Assembly: GCF_934643285.1 (NCBI RefSeq)
Contig: NZ_CAKUBT010000007.1
Coordinates: 4,755 to 68,754, forward strand
Source of the DNA: an uncultured Ellagibacter sp.
GTDB lineage: Bacteria; Actinomycetota; Coriobacteriia; Coriobacteriales; Eggerthellaceae
Direction: 5' to 3'
DNA length: 64,000 nt
Part shown: positions 38,453-47,453 of the stretch, in pieces
How the letters are laid out: each line of letters starts with the position of its first letter
Position numbering within the stretch: position 1 is the stretch's first letter
Program-made: the position numbers and the translations under genes
The notes under the pieces: generated by a model
The model's input: the letters and a program-made list of their open reading frames with translations, nothing else
What the model was told of the DNA's origin: nothing
Databases searched by the model: none

Positions 38453-39502
38453 ATGAAAACGACGCAGCGCACCTTCCTCGATTACCTCGGGGCACCGCAC
38501 ACGCACTTCATCATTCCCGTCTACCAGCGCGTCTACACCTGGAGCGACAAGCAATGCGCGACGCTCTGGCGCGACTGCGCGCATGCGGGCGAGACGCAAA
38601 GCGAGCACTTCATCGGGACGGTGCTCTATTCGCCCGACCCGGAGCTCACAAGCGCGCAGACCCAAGCAATCGACATCATCGACGGGCAGCAGCGCACGGC
38701 AACGATTTCGCTGCTCATCGCCGCGTTGGCCGACTATCTGGAAGAACAGGGAATGACCCTCGAAGACGGAACCGACGCAGCCGAGCTTCGCACGCGGTTC
38801 CTCTTTGCGGACGAGCGCAATCCCGAGGAAGCTTCGCGCAAGGAGAAGCTGACCCTCTCGCGGCTCGACAGGGAGACCATGACCGCGGTGCTCAACCACA
38901 CCGAGCCTCCCGAGGAGGACGACCTGTCGAAAAACGTCGTCTCCAACTACCAGCGCTTCAAAAGCTACCTGCAAGCCGAATCCGATGCGGAAACGATATG
39001 GCGAGGCCTCAAGCAACTGACCATCATCGCCGCCGAGGTCGAGGAAAGCGACCATCCCCAAACGGTGTTCGAGAGCCTGAACTCGAAGGGAATGCCGCTC
39101 ACCACAGCGGACCTTGCGAGGAACCTCTTGTTCTCCGACGTCGAGTACGAGGAGCAGGAGCGGCTCTACGATCATTACTGGAAACCCATCGAGAACCTGT
39201 TCGCGGATGACGATGACGACGCCACGAGCATGAACGCCGCGTTGCGCGGATGGCTCGCCGTGAAGGCGCCGCGCCTGCGCAGCAGGGCGAGCGACGATGT
39301 CTACGACGCGCTCAAAGCGTTCTTGCAAACCGAGAACCACGCAGATACCGAATCGTTGCTGCGTGGATTCAAGGGCTTTTGCGAAACGTTCCGCGCCCGC
39401 TCCCAGTCGAAGGGAGCGCGAACCGCCGATATGCACACGACCTGGGGAATCGGCGGAAGAACAAAGGGGCTGCCCGTCGATCGAAGTCTCTTCGGGGAAT
39501 GA
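38453..39502 (+). CDS. DUF262 protein, tandem paralog, no nuclease domain
   Basis: Start moved to ATG 38453 after AGGAGAG. FIIPVYQRVYTWSDKQCATLW, IIDGQQRTATISL, VFESLNSKGMPLTTADLARNLLF. Collinear with the upstream gene. Confidence 0.8.
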   Translation: MKTTQRTFLDYLGAPHTHFIIPVYQRVYTWSDKQCATLWRDCAHAGETQSEHFIGTVLYSPDPELTSAQTQAIDIIDGQQRTATISLLIAALADYLEEQGMTLEDGTDAAELRTRFLFADERNPEEASRKEKLTLSRLDRETMTAVLNHTEPPEEDDLSKNVVSNYQRFKSYLQAESDAETIWRGLKQLTIIAAEVEESDHPQTVFESLNSKGMPLTTADLARNLLFSDVEYEEQERLYDHYWKPIENLFADDDDDATSMNAALRGWLAVKAPRLRSRASDDVYDALKAFLQTENHADTESLLRGFKGFCETFRARSQSKGARTADMHTTWGIGGRTKGLPVDRSLFGE

Positions 39503-39586
39503 TCGCGCCAGCTTGCGGGCAGCATCGTGTCCGCAAGCAAACGCCCCGGCTGATGCCGCGGGTCCCGCCGAGAACCCCCGCCCACG

Positions 39587-39865
39587 CTACGCCGGGTCGG
39601 CGGAGTTCAGCCTGATGGCGCACGCCTGGAGCTCGTCGACCAGCTCCATCGTGAGAGGCTCCGCAAGCTCTTCGCCCGCCTCCAGCTCGGCGTCGAGCGC
39701 AAAGCAGCGCCTTACGAACGCCTCGTTTTCGGCATCGAACATCTTAAGCTCGCGCGCGGCGCGAAAGCCGTCTTCCACATCGGTCGACTTCGCGATGCGC
39801 CACAACAGCAGCGTCACCAGCCGAACCGACCCACGAAACCGCTTGTCAACAGGCACTTCAGCCAT
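39587..39865 (-). CDS. Hypothetical 92-aa protein, possibly the fourth gene of the LRR/VWA/MoxR operon
   Basis: ATG 39865 preceded by AAGGGGGA. Lies 95 nt downstream of the AAA-MTase stop on the same strand. Confidence 0.45.
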   Translation of the reverse strand: MAEVPVDKRFRGSVRLVTLLLWRIAKSTDVEDGFRAARELKMFDAENEAFVRRCFALDAELEAGEELAEPLTMELVDELQACAIRLNSADPA

Positions 39866-39959
39866 TGTTCCCCCTTTTTATGCGAAGGCGCCTGCCAAGC
39901 CGCAGCGGCCCGGCAGGCGCCTCACTCCCTCTGCAAGGCACGACGCCTAGCCGCAAAGT

Positions 39960-42395
39960 TTAGCGCTTCTTGCGAACGTAGAGAGACACGGCCGTGAACT
40001 TCACGTTTTCGTCTCCTGCCACCTTCGGCACGGTATGCCCCGCCTTGTAACCGCGATCTGCCTCAACCTCGAAGGACTCTTCGACAGAGGGCGTCTCGAA
40101 ACCCGCAGCTTCAAGCCATGCGACGTTTTCCTGCTCGGTTCGCGCCGCCTGCACGCTGTTGCCGATGGAGCGAGCCTCATCCACGACCGAGTCGGTGCGC
40201 GGCCGGTCCGCGAAGATTGTTTCCAAAATCAGCAGTCCGCCCGGTTTCAGGACGCGGCCAAATTCCCGTATTGCCTGCTCCTGATCGTAGAAAAGCGTAA
40301 TCACGTTATTCACGTAGATTGCATCGTAGACAGATGACCCAAGGCCTGCGCCGATCAGGTCTTCGGGGAAGGCGACGCGGAACTCCATGTTGTTGTGTGA
40401 AAGCCCGCTCTCGTGCCACGCGCGGCTCATGCCGTCTTTCGCCTCTTCGACATACGACGGGCTCCAATCGATGCCCATCACCTCGCCGCTATCGCCGACC
40501 AGGGAGCTGAGCTTGTATACGCCGCGCCCGCGCCTGCAGCATATGTCGAGCACCTTCTTGCCTTTGAGCTCCTCGCGCGGCAAGAGCATCTTGCACACGC
40601 TTGCGAAACCGTACTCGAACTGCTTCCCGCCATAGTGCCTTGCAAGCGCACCCGCAGGAATCTCCGCCGGCGTGCCCTGCGAGCCCCGTGCGCTCGCGGA
40701 GGCCGCAGAGGAAGGGGCGGAAGTCGCCGCGCCGCTATCGACCGCGCCGCCCGCAGGTGTTGAGACAGGCACCGCCGCGCCTCGCGAGCCCGCCGTCGCA
40801 CCTGGCTCGCCCTTCGGCTTCGAGCCGACGCGCATCCCGACCGCGCCGGGCTCGCCCACCTCGCGCTCTTCTGCCAGCGAGGCGTCGATCTCGGCAAGCT
40901 TGCTCACCCGCTCGGTAAGTCCCATGCGGGCCGCGTCGACCTGAAGCTCCTGGTTGTGCTCGTAGTACTTCTCGTTCCCGTAATGGGAGATGAAGCGCGT
41001 AGTCGGCTTGCGCGTGGTGAGCTCGGCAAGAAACACGAGCATCTCGCGGCTGCTGAGCGTCTCGTCGATGAAGTCGAACGCGTTGCCCATGCGCTCGTCC
41101 GCCATAGCTACCAAAGGCGAAATCTTCGAGACCTCAGCTTTGTACGCACGCTCGATGGCATGGAACGCAACATCGCCCTCGGTCGCCTTCTCGAGCATAC
41201 ACCGCGCCGCAAAGCCCTTCAGCAAGTCGATGACCAGGCGCTCCTCACGAACGAACTTCCGCGAGGCGGTGCCAGACTCGATCTTTCTCGCCAGTTTGCG
41301 CTCTCGCTCGGCAATGCGGGGAGCGAGCTCCTCGTCAACGCTCGCACCTGCAAGGAACCCGGGCTTCGTCTCGCGCAGCAAGTCGCGAAGCGCCACAACG
41401 ACGCCCTCCTGATCGAGAGCCTTCGAGCAATCCGCCGACAGCGTGTCGATCATCAGGCCCAGAAGCGCAATGCGCTCGTCGAAGGGCGCCGCTTTCGCGC
41501 GATCTTTGATGGACGGCGTCGCAGTACCGGAAAGAATCGACCCCACCTGATAATCGGAGCGATACTTCTCGAACAGCGAGTAGTACACGGTGAACTGGTC
41601 GGCAATTTCGTCGTCGCGCAGGAACTGCACGAACAAGTCGCGGTTCACCGGCTTGCCCATCTGCTCGTACAGCGAGATGACCTTGGCCAAATCCTCCCAG
41701 CCGCGAGCCGTCACGAACGACTTGCCGCCGCCCGGCCGCGACTCGACCTTGTAGAAGCAGTCCTTCTTCGCCTCGAGAAACGTGGTCACGGCGGGGTGGA
41801 GGCCCGCTTCGGAAGCGTAGGTCTTCCACGCGCCGTAGTCGGGCTCGACGTCGATTTCGCGCAAACGGTCAAGCGTCACGATGTCGAACTCGTGCACCGA
41901 GCGATTATACTCGGGCGGGTTGCCCGCGCACACGATGACCCATCCTTCAGGCACCCTATGTTTACCGAACGTCTTGAACTGCAGGAACTGGAGCATCGAG
42001 GGGTACAGCGTCTCCGAAACGCAGTTGATCTCGTCGAGGAACAGGATGCCCTCGCGCAACCCCGTGCGTTCCATGTAATCGTAAATCGCCGCGATGATCT
42101 CCGACATCGTGTACTCGGATGTATCGAATTCCTTCCCCTCGAATTCCCGATGCTCGATATGCGGAAGGCCGAGCGCGCTCTGGCGCGTATGATGCGTCAT
42201 GGAGTACGACACGATGCCGATGCCCAGCTCGCGGGCGACCTGCTCCATGATTGCGGTCTTGCCGATTCCCGGCGCACCCACCAAGAAAATCGGTCGCTGG
42301 TGCACGGAGGCAATCGAGAGCAGCCCCGCGTCATCCCTCTTCAAGTATGCCTCAACAGTGTCTTTCACCTGCTGTTTCGCCGAGACGATATTCAT
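39960..42395 (-). CDS. MoxR/AAA_5-type ATPase fused to a C-terminal class-I SAM-dependent methyltransferase
   Basis: Walker A GAPGIGKT, Walker B ILFLDEIN, helical middle region. Ala/Ser/Gly linker at aa ~512-580. MTase motifs VLDICCRRGRG, VMGIDWSP, LKPGGLLILE at aa ~585-811. Confidence 0.8.
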   Translation of the reverse strand: MNIVSAKQQVKDTVEAYLKRDDAGLLSIASVHQRPIFLVGAPGIGKTAIMEQVARELGIGIVSYSMTHHTRQSALGLPHIEHREFEGKEFDTSEYTMSEIIAAIYDYMERTGLREGILFLDEINCVSETLYPSMLQFLQFKTFGKHRVPEGWVIVCAGNPPEYNRSVHEFDIVTLDRLREIDVEPDYGAWKTYASEAGLHPAVTTFLEAKKDCFYKVESRPGGGKSFVTARGWEDLAKVISLYEQMGKPVNRDLFVQFLRDDEIADQFTVYYSLFEKYRSDYQVGSILSGTATPSIKDRAKAAPFDERIALLGLMIDTLSADCSKALDQEGVVVALRDLLRETKPGFLAGASVDEELAPRIAERERKLARKIESGTASRKFVREERLVIDLLKGFAARCMLEKATEGDVAFHAIERAYKAEVSKISPLVAMADERMGNAFDFIDETLSSREMLVFLAELTTRKPTTRFISHYGNEKYYEHNQELQVDAARMGLTERVSKLAEIDASLAEEREVGEPGAVGMRVGSKPKGEPGATAGSRGAAVPVSTPAGGAVDSGAATSAPSSAASASARGSQGTPAEIPAGALARHYGGKQFEYGFASVCKMLLPREELKGKKVLDICCRRGRGVYKLSSLVGDSGEVMGIDWSPSYVEEAKDGMSRAWHESGLSHNNMEFRVAFPEDLIGAGLGSSVYDAIYVNNVITLFYDQEQAIREFGRVLKPGGLLILETIFADRPRTDSVVDEARSIGNSVQAARTEQENVAWLEAAGFETPSVEESFEVEADRGYKAGHTVPKVAGDENVKFTAVSLYVRKKR

Positions 42396-42422
42396 AGTGT
42401 CCGTCCTTTCACGCGCCCGCGG

Positions 42423-44069
42423 TTAGCGGATGCCTTGGCTTTTGAACCGATTGATGCCCGCCTCGTCGATGACGACCTTCATCGCCCAGGGCGGCACTGG
42501 CGGAAGGTCGCGCCCCTCTTCGTCCATGAATACGAACGCTGTGTCGTAATCGGGCGGCTTTTCGGGAAAGCTCCCCAGACCGTCCGTGAAATAGATAAGC
42601 CCCTTCATCTCGGCCAACTCGCCGCGATCGCGCAGCGTCTCGACATAGTCGAACACTGGACGGAAGTCAGTCCCGCCGAACCCCCTGATGACGAAGTCCT
42701 CCATGAGCTTGTCGATCTCGCCGATATCGGTGATCCGCATATCGGACTGCACGCGCGCGTCGCATTGCACGATATGCACGTTGACCTCGGTCGTATAGGT
42801 TTCCGACTCCTTCAGGATGTCGAACGTGTGCTGGATGAATCGGCGGACCAGATCGCCCCGCACCGACCCCGACGTGTCGATCGCGATGACGAACTCGCGC
42901 ACCCGATCGGTCTCCTTGTACTCGAGCGGCTCGACAAGGGGCATGTTCCCGTAGAGCTCCATGCCGTAGGTGTAGTAGATGTAGTCGAATTCGTCCTGGT
43001 TGAGCAGCATTTCCTCGTTCATCGTCATGAACTTGCGCAGAAACTCCGTGTAGTCGTACACCTTGCGGTTCGCCACCGACAGATGCTGCATCAGGCTGTC
43101 CGATTCGCGGCCCCATTCCTTCGAGAAGGTCTCGAGGTTCATCTCGATTTCCTTCGAGATTTCCTCCCATTCCCGCTCAGCCTCGTCGTCCTCGGAATGA
43201 TCGCGTTCCTCATCCTCGCTGGTCAGCGGAACGGGCTCGGCGTTTTCACCTTCTCCATCCTCAGCATCATCGGTATCGTCCGCCGCATCTTCCGCCTGTT
43301 CGGTTTGCGAATCGTCCCTTTTATCGTCCGCGTCGGTTGGCTCGTCGGCACCGCCAGCAGATTCAAGCTCCATGTCGTCGGACTCGGGTGCTTCGCCGGA
43401 ATCGCGCTCGCTCACCTCTTCCGGCTTCTGAGCCTCACGGCGTTCAGCAGGCGAATCCTCGTCAGCATTCGACGGCCATGCCGAATGATCGTCCCTCTCG
43501 AACAGGGCAACCCAATCGTTGAGCGTCGAGCGGCCCATCCCCAGGTACTGCTGCCCGGAAGGCGCGAGAACCATACCCTTCACCAGCGCATATACCTTAT
43601 TGGGAAGAAGGCTTCCCGTGAGCATCTTTATCCTGTCGAGCGCTTCTGTTCGCTCGGCATCTTGCGGGGAGGGAAATCTCCCCGCGCACATGTCAAGCGC
43701 CACGCTTTCGGCGATGATATCGCACGTCAGGTTCCAAGCCTGGCGATTTCGGTGGTCCTTGTCGAACGGATGGCGGAAGATGCAGTGCATCACCATATGC
43801 AGGTAGTCGCGAATGAGCTCGTCGAAGCCCTCCTCGAACCGCGCGATCACACGCGGCGGATCGAACGCCACACGGCGCGCATCAGTGGTCAGCGGATACC
43901 GCGCCCCCGCACGAATCGGCAGGTTTTCCATGCGCCAAAGGGCCATGTCCAGGAAACGGAACTTCAGCATGAGCTGAACGCGACATTCGTCGAGGATGTC
44001 CCGAGCGAGCTCGTCTTCGCGCGCGCGTCGCGCAAGCTTCGTGTCAGCTATCGTCTCATGCTCCGACAT
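42423..44069 (-). CDS. DUF2201_N (putative metallopeptidase-like) + VWA-like (DUF2201) domain protein
   Basis: N-domain has HMVMH where HExxH is expected. Poly-acidic linker at aa ~200-305. VWA core with MIDAS AIDTSGS and GFGGTDF. Confidence 0.8.
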   Translation of the reverse strand: MSEHETIADTKLARRAREDELARDILDECRVQLMLKFRFLDMALWRMENLPIRAGARYPLTTDARRVAFDPPRVIARFEEGFDELIRDYLHMVMHCIFRHPFDKDHRNRQAWNLTCDIIAESVALDMCAGRFPSPQDAERTEALDRIKMLTGSLLPNKVYALVKGMVLAPSGQQYLGMGRSTLNDWVALFERDDHSAWPSNADEDSPAERREAQKPEEVSERDSGEAPESDDMELESAGGADEPTDADDKRDDSQTEQAEDAADDTDDAEDGEGENAEPVPLTSEDEERDHSEDDEAEREWEEISKEIEMNLETFSKEWGRESDSLMQHLSVANRKVYDYTEFLRKFMTMNEEMLLNQDEFDYIYYTYGMELYGNMPLVEPLEYKETDRVREFVIAIDTSGSVRGDLVRRFIQHTFDILKESETYTTEVNVHIVQCDARVQSDMRITDIGEIDKLMEDFVIRGFGGTDFRPVFDYVETLRDRGELAEMKGLIYFTDGLGSFPEKPPDYDTAFVFMDEEGRDLPPVPPWAMKVVIDEAGINRFKSQGIR

Positions 44070-44078
44070 GTCGCCCCC

Positions 44079-46385
44079 CTACAAATCGAAGTCCATCAAC
44101 TGGCTGCCGAAGAATCGGCGCTTCACTTCAAGAAGGTATCCTGTCATCGCGGCATCCTGCACATCACCCGCGCGCTCTACCACGATATCGATATTATCTT
44201 TTGTGAGATAGCCCAAATCAAGCATGTCATCTACGACCTGCCGATCGTCATGACGCGCCGCCTGCACGATGATGTCGACGAGGTTGCTCCTCATCACGCG
44301 ATCGCACATGCTCCTGTTCGAAGGCGTCATGAGAACAGGGTCTTTCAGCCGCGCGATGATCATCTTGCTCTGGTCGTATAGACCTATGCCGCCGTCTACC
44401 ATCGCGTCATAGCTCGAGCCGCTCACTATCGAGCCGTCGTAATGGTCGAGAATCGCCTCGACGCTCACATGATCGGGGACGCTGAATGCAAGCTCAATCT
44501 GCTTGACGCTTCGGTCAATCTCGGGAAAGCGCACGTCGAAGCTGGTATGACCCTCAATCGGCTCTTCAAGGTCAATGTGGATCAGCTCGATAAAGCACTG
44601 GAAGGCAAGGCCGCGCATTCCCACCAGCTTGATACGGTCGGAAAGGTAGAGCTCGCGAATGTTCCTGTCGCCGTTGAAAGCGTAGGGCGCGATGGCGACA
44701 ACCTCCTCGGGGATTCTCACGCATTCCCGAGAATCGGTGTTCACTACGACGCGGGCGTGGCCATTGCTCCATTTCTCGAGCAGCATGCCGCCCTTCTCCT
44801 CGTAGCGCGCATTGCCCTGCGCCACCGTTATCTCGCGAAGCGTCGGCTGGCGTTTCCCGTTGTGCGCGTTGTAAGTGACGAGCGCGTTCTCCTCGATTTT
44901 CTCGAGCGACGCGGGAATGTGAATCGATTCGAGCGCCGTGTCCATGAGCGCCTCAGCGCCCATCTCGGCAACGCCCTCCGGGATAACGACGCGCCGCAGC
45001 GCTCGGCAGCCCTTGCATGCGGCGGCACCGATAACGCGAACACCTTCGGGCAGCACCACCTCTTCGAGCGCCGCATGGTTGAGCAGCGCCCCCGAGGCTA
45101 CCTCCGTCGTCCCCCTCGCAGCCTCAAATCGCTTCGCCTCGCCATCGAACAGGCACAACAGCTTCATGCCGTCGCCTTGAAGCTCATAAAGAGCGCCAGA
45201 TTTATCGAGCACGAGCCGCTCGGAACCAGGCTCCATTGTAAACGTCGCACCCTCGCCCGCGTAAACCAGCTTCGTCCGCACAGCGATGGGGTAGCCGATT
45301 TCAACAATGCTGTTCGGAATCCTTAAGGTTGATATACCCGAATTGCTGAACGCATCCGCTCCGATGACCTGCAGCTTCTCGTTGAGCGAGACACCCTCAA
45401 GGGAGGCGCAGGCAAAGAATGCGCGCTCCCCGATTTCCCTCAAAGCAGAAGGCGCCTCGAAAGTTCGCACCCCAGTGCGAGCGAAAGCGTAGGGGCCTAT
45501 TACTTCAACGCTGTTCGGCAAGTCGACCTTCGCAAGCTCGTCAAAGGAGCTGAACGCCTTCCGAGCAATCGTCGTACACGAGGGCGCAACGGCGTACGAA
45601 AACAGGGGGCACGCAAGCGCCACGAGCGTTTCGCCGTCTTTCGAATAGATTGCAACCCCGTCGGTTTGCAGCCAAGGATTTTCAGGGTCGATCGATATTC
45701 CAATCAGCCGACTCTTCTGGAACGTTCCCGGTTCAACGCGGGAAAGCGCCGCGCCGAACTCAACATACTCAAGGTGAGGGATATCGAAGAGGCTCGGACC
45801 GACCTCTTCCAAAAGCCCCGGCATGCGCAATCTCGAAAGAGAAGGGCATCCACGAAACCAGTCGGACTCGAAAGTCGCAAGGTTACACGGCAGCACAACG
45901 CATTCCAAACGCTTGCAGAAGCGGAAAGCGCAGCCCCCGACAAACTTCACTTCATCTGGTACGACGATCGACGTCACGTCTTCCAGACCTGAGCAGGCAT
46001 CGGGTGCCAGCGAGCGAACCGGCAAACCCTCGATCGCATCGGGAACAACCAGCTCTCCCGCCGCACGAATACAACGATCGATGCGAACCGACGATTCCGA
46101 CAGCACGACGTATTCCCAATCGGTTCCAGCTTCATCAATGAAATGACAAAGCTCAGAAGTGCATGCATCCTGAATCGCCTGCGCTCGCAGAGCAGCCTCG
46201 CGGCGCTCACGAATTCGCGCCTCCGTCGAGATGACCTGCTCCCTTGTCGCCTTTCCGTCGTTGAGCGGCATAGGGGTAAAGCCTCCAAAGCTCACATCGA
46301 GCTTGCTAACATCGAGCGACTTGTTACGATTCACCTGAGCCTTAGCGTAGGCGATATGAGGAATCCCTAATAGACCGTCTGCCAT
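44079..46385 (-). CDS. BspA-type leucine-rich-repeat (LRR_5) protein, predicted cytoplasmic
   Basis: 768 aa with many repeats of the pattern ..F..C..L..V.LP..L..IG..AF... No signal peptide, TM helix or anchor is visible. RBS GAGGTG. Confidence 0.8.
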   Translation of the reverse strand: MADGLLGIPHIAYAKAQVNRNKSLDVSKLDVSFGGFTPMPLNDGKATREQVISTEARIRERREAALRAQAIQDACTSELCHFIDEAGTDWEYVVLSESSVRIDRCIRAAGELVVPDAIEGLPVRSLAPDACSGLEDVTSIVVPDEVKFVGGCAFRFCKRLECVVLPCNLATFESDWFRGCPSLSRLRMPGLLEEVGPSLFDIPHLEYVEFGAALSRVEPGTFQKSRLIGISIDPENPWLQTDGVAIYSKDGETLVALACPLFSYAVAPSCTTIARKAFSSFDELAKVDLPNSVEVIGPYAFARTGVRTFEAPSALREIGERAFFACASLEGVSLNEKLQVIGADAFSNSGISTLRIPNSIVEIGYPIAVRTKLVYAGEGATFTMEPGSERLVLDKSGALYELQGDGMKLLCLFDGEAKRFEAARGTTEVASGALLNHAALEEVVLPEGVRVIGAAACKGCRALRRVVIPEGVAEMGAEALMDTALESIHIPASLEKIEENALVTYNAHNGKRQPTLREITVAQGNARYEEKGGMLLEKWSNGHARVVVNTDSRECVRIPEEVVAIAPYAFNGDRNIRELYLSDRIKLVGMRGLAFQCFIELIHIDLEEPIEGHTSFDVRFPEIDRSVKQIELAFSVPDHVSVEAILDHYDGSIVSGSSYDAMVDGGIGLYDQSKMIIARLKDPVLMTPSNRSMCDRVMRSNLVDIIVQAARHDDRQVVDDMLDLGYLTKDNIDIVVERAGDVQDAAMTGYLLEVKRRFFGSQLMDFDL

Positions 46386-46487
46386 TCTCGCACCTCAAAG
46401 CAACTATCAACTAACGAACGCAATACGTCGCAAGGGGCAATCCAAGAATAACCCCCGTCCAATCCCATTGCATTCCCCAGAATAGAC

Positions 46488-46521
46488 AAAACGGCCCGAC
46501 GCGAGGGTGTCGGGCCGTTTT
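46488..46521. terminator. Bidirectional-looking terminator hairpin
   Basis: aaaa-acggcccgac-gcgagggt-gtcgggccgt-tttt. Lies 13 nt after the stop of the 46534..46869 gene, isolating it from the LRR operon. Confidence 0.65.
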
Positions 46522-46533
46522 CGTAAAATGCGA

Positions 46534-46869
46534 TTACTTTCGGGGAACGCCAGCAGGGTCGACCGGGCGACGAGAGGAAATCTCATCGCCAAACGTGATG
46601 CAATAGCGCATACCCTTGAGGGTTACGTACAAGCAGGCAATCTCATGCTTCCCGCCCTTGTTGAATACCTCGTAGGTCAGCATCTCGCGATCAATCATCG
46701 GTTGATAGATTTCGCTATCGACAACCTTCTCAAGCAACATGTTCGTCGCCTCGCGGCCAAGCTCGTCCTGCTTCAGAGCGATGTTGTACAGAATATCTTC
46801 TTGAGCTTCCGTAAGACGCCCGAGCTCTTCAACTTCAGCGCGAATTTCCTCTTCATTCGTCATAGCCAT
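46534..46869 (-). CDS. Hypothetical 111-aa protein
   Basis: ATG 46869, 11 nt after AAGGAGGA. Lower GC. No motif recognised. Confidence 0.45.
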   Translation of the reverse strand: MAMTNEEEIRAEVEELGRLTEAQEDILYNIALKQDELGREATNMLLEKVVDSEIYQPMIDREMLTYEVFNKGGKHEIACLYVTLKGMRYCITFGDEISSRRPVDPAGVPRK

Positions 46870-47014
46870 ATCGAAAGCAATCCTCCTTGAGTAGGTAGCG
46901 CGAAAACGCATAACTCTGCTGATGGAAGTATCTTAGCATTGGAAAATCGCCATTTGAGCAGGTCGAAGCTAGTGGAACAGTATGGCTGAAATCGTTTCAT
47001 CCGCATTTTCGGGA

Positions 47015-47048
47015 CAAAAAAAGAACCCCTTCTTACGAAGAGGTTCTT
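47015..47048 (-). terminator. Rho-independent terminator ending the molybdoenzyme operon
   Basis: Minus strand reads aagaacctcttcgtaagaaggggttctt followed by ttttttt. Confidence 0.6.
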
Positions 47049-47094
47049 AAGCGAGCTTAAATCAGGCCCCTAGAAAAACATCCCCTGGAGGGAA

Positions 47095-47370
47095 CTAGAT
47101 GCCGTTGTAGCCCTTCGAAGGATCGGAGTCGCCAACGCCATTAGCGGTGTCGCCAGCTTCATTGCCGGTACGCTTCGTAGAGGTGTATCCACCCCAAGCG
47201 CGAGCAATGAACTTGTCCTTCACGAAGAAGATCTGAGCCTTCATGAGGTCAGCCTGAGCAATGCCGTGCTCAGCGAGGACTTCGTCCTTGCTCTTGCCAG
47301 CCTCGAGGCCTGCGTTCAGCTCAGCAGCTGCAGCAGCAGCGTCGAGCTCAAAAAATTCATCGCGGGTCAT
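47095..47370 (-). CDS. Hypothetical 91-aa protein, third gene of the molybdoenzyme operon
   Basis: ATG 47370 after AAGGAGGG. MTRDEFFELDAAAAAAELNAGLEAGKSKDEVLAEHG... No motif recognised. Confidence 0.45.
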   Translation of the reverse strand: MTRDEFFELDAAAAAAELNAGLEAGKSKDEVLAEHGIAQADLMKAQIFFVKDKFIARAWGGYTSTKRTGNEAGDTANGVGDSDPSKGYNGI

Positions 47371-47453
47371 GTTATCCCTCCTTATTGGTCTATCACACGA
47401 TGCCGTGGTCGCCAGTCGCCTAGCGACCACAGACATCTTAACACACTAAAGAG

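Noticed and set aside
40956-44381. 1141-aa plus-strand ORF
   Set aside because: Antisense shadow spanning the MoxR::MTase, VWA and LRR genes. These are three independently recognisable proteins on the other strand.
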